Part shown: positions 25,122-25,122 of the stretch, in pieces
Layout of the letters: every line of letters starts with the position of its first letter
How positions within the stretch are numbered: position 1 is the first letter of the stretch
Virus record (IMG/VR): IMGVR_UViG_3300050153_000004
Span: 1-25,122 of that record
Reading direction: 5' to 3' (one strand)
Length of the DNA: 25,122 nt
From: a virus
Taxonomy: Duplodnaviria; Caudoviricetes
Made by a program: the position numbers and the translations under genes
The notes under the pieces: generated by a model
The model's input: only the letters and a program-made list of their open reading frames with translations
Databases searched by the model: none
Told to the model about the DNA's origin: nothing

Positions 25122-25122
25122 C

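Larger units (their letters stand above)
1..25122 (-). mobile_element. Phage/prophage late region: lambda-like head, Mu-like contractile tail, accessory glycan-enzyme cassettes and lysis genes (both ends outside the window)
   Basis: About 30 co-oriented, tightly packed minus-strand genes with recognisable terminase, portal, capsid, sheath, tube, baseplate and endolysin motifs. No att site or integrase is in the window, so prophage versus free phage cannot be decided. Confidence 0.97.

Overview
The whole window is the late (virion and lysis) region of a tailed phage or prophage, encoded entirely on the minus strand and running off both ends. In transcription order (right to left) it has a lambda-type head module (GpA terminase, gpW, portal, S49 protease, acidic scaffold-like protein, decoration protein, major capsid), a Mu-type contractile tail and baseplate module, a short tail fibre with its chaperone, and an accessory block. 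The accessory block holds a small knob-like protein, a GH16 multidomain protein, a secreted Cys-rich protein, a winged-helix-like protein, a holin-like protein, an M15 endolysin, and an SGNH-hydrolase gene (<1..1455) that the ORF track missed. The main oddity is that two unrelated glycan-enzyme cassettes start with the same header: a near-identical hairpin, an RBS and the peptide MSxILTRKD[K/R], conserved mostly through synonymous codon changes. Also notable are a swapped order of the tape-measure and DNA-circulation genes and an unannotated -1 frameshift in the tail chaperone. All family assignments come from motif recognition by eye and gene order; no database searches were run.
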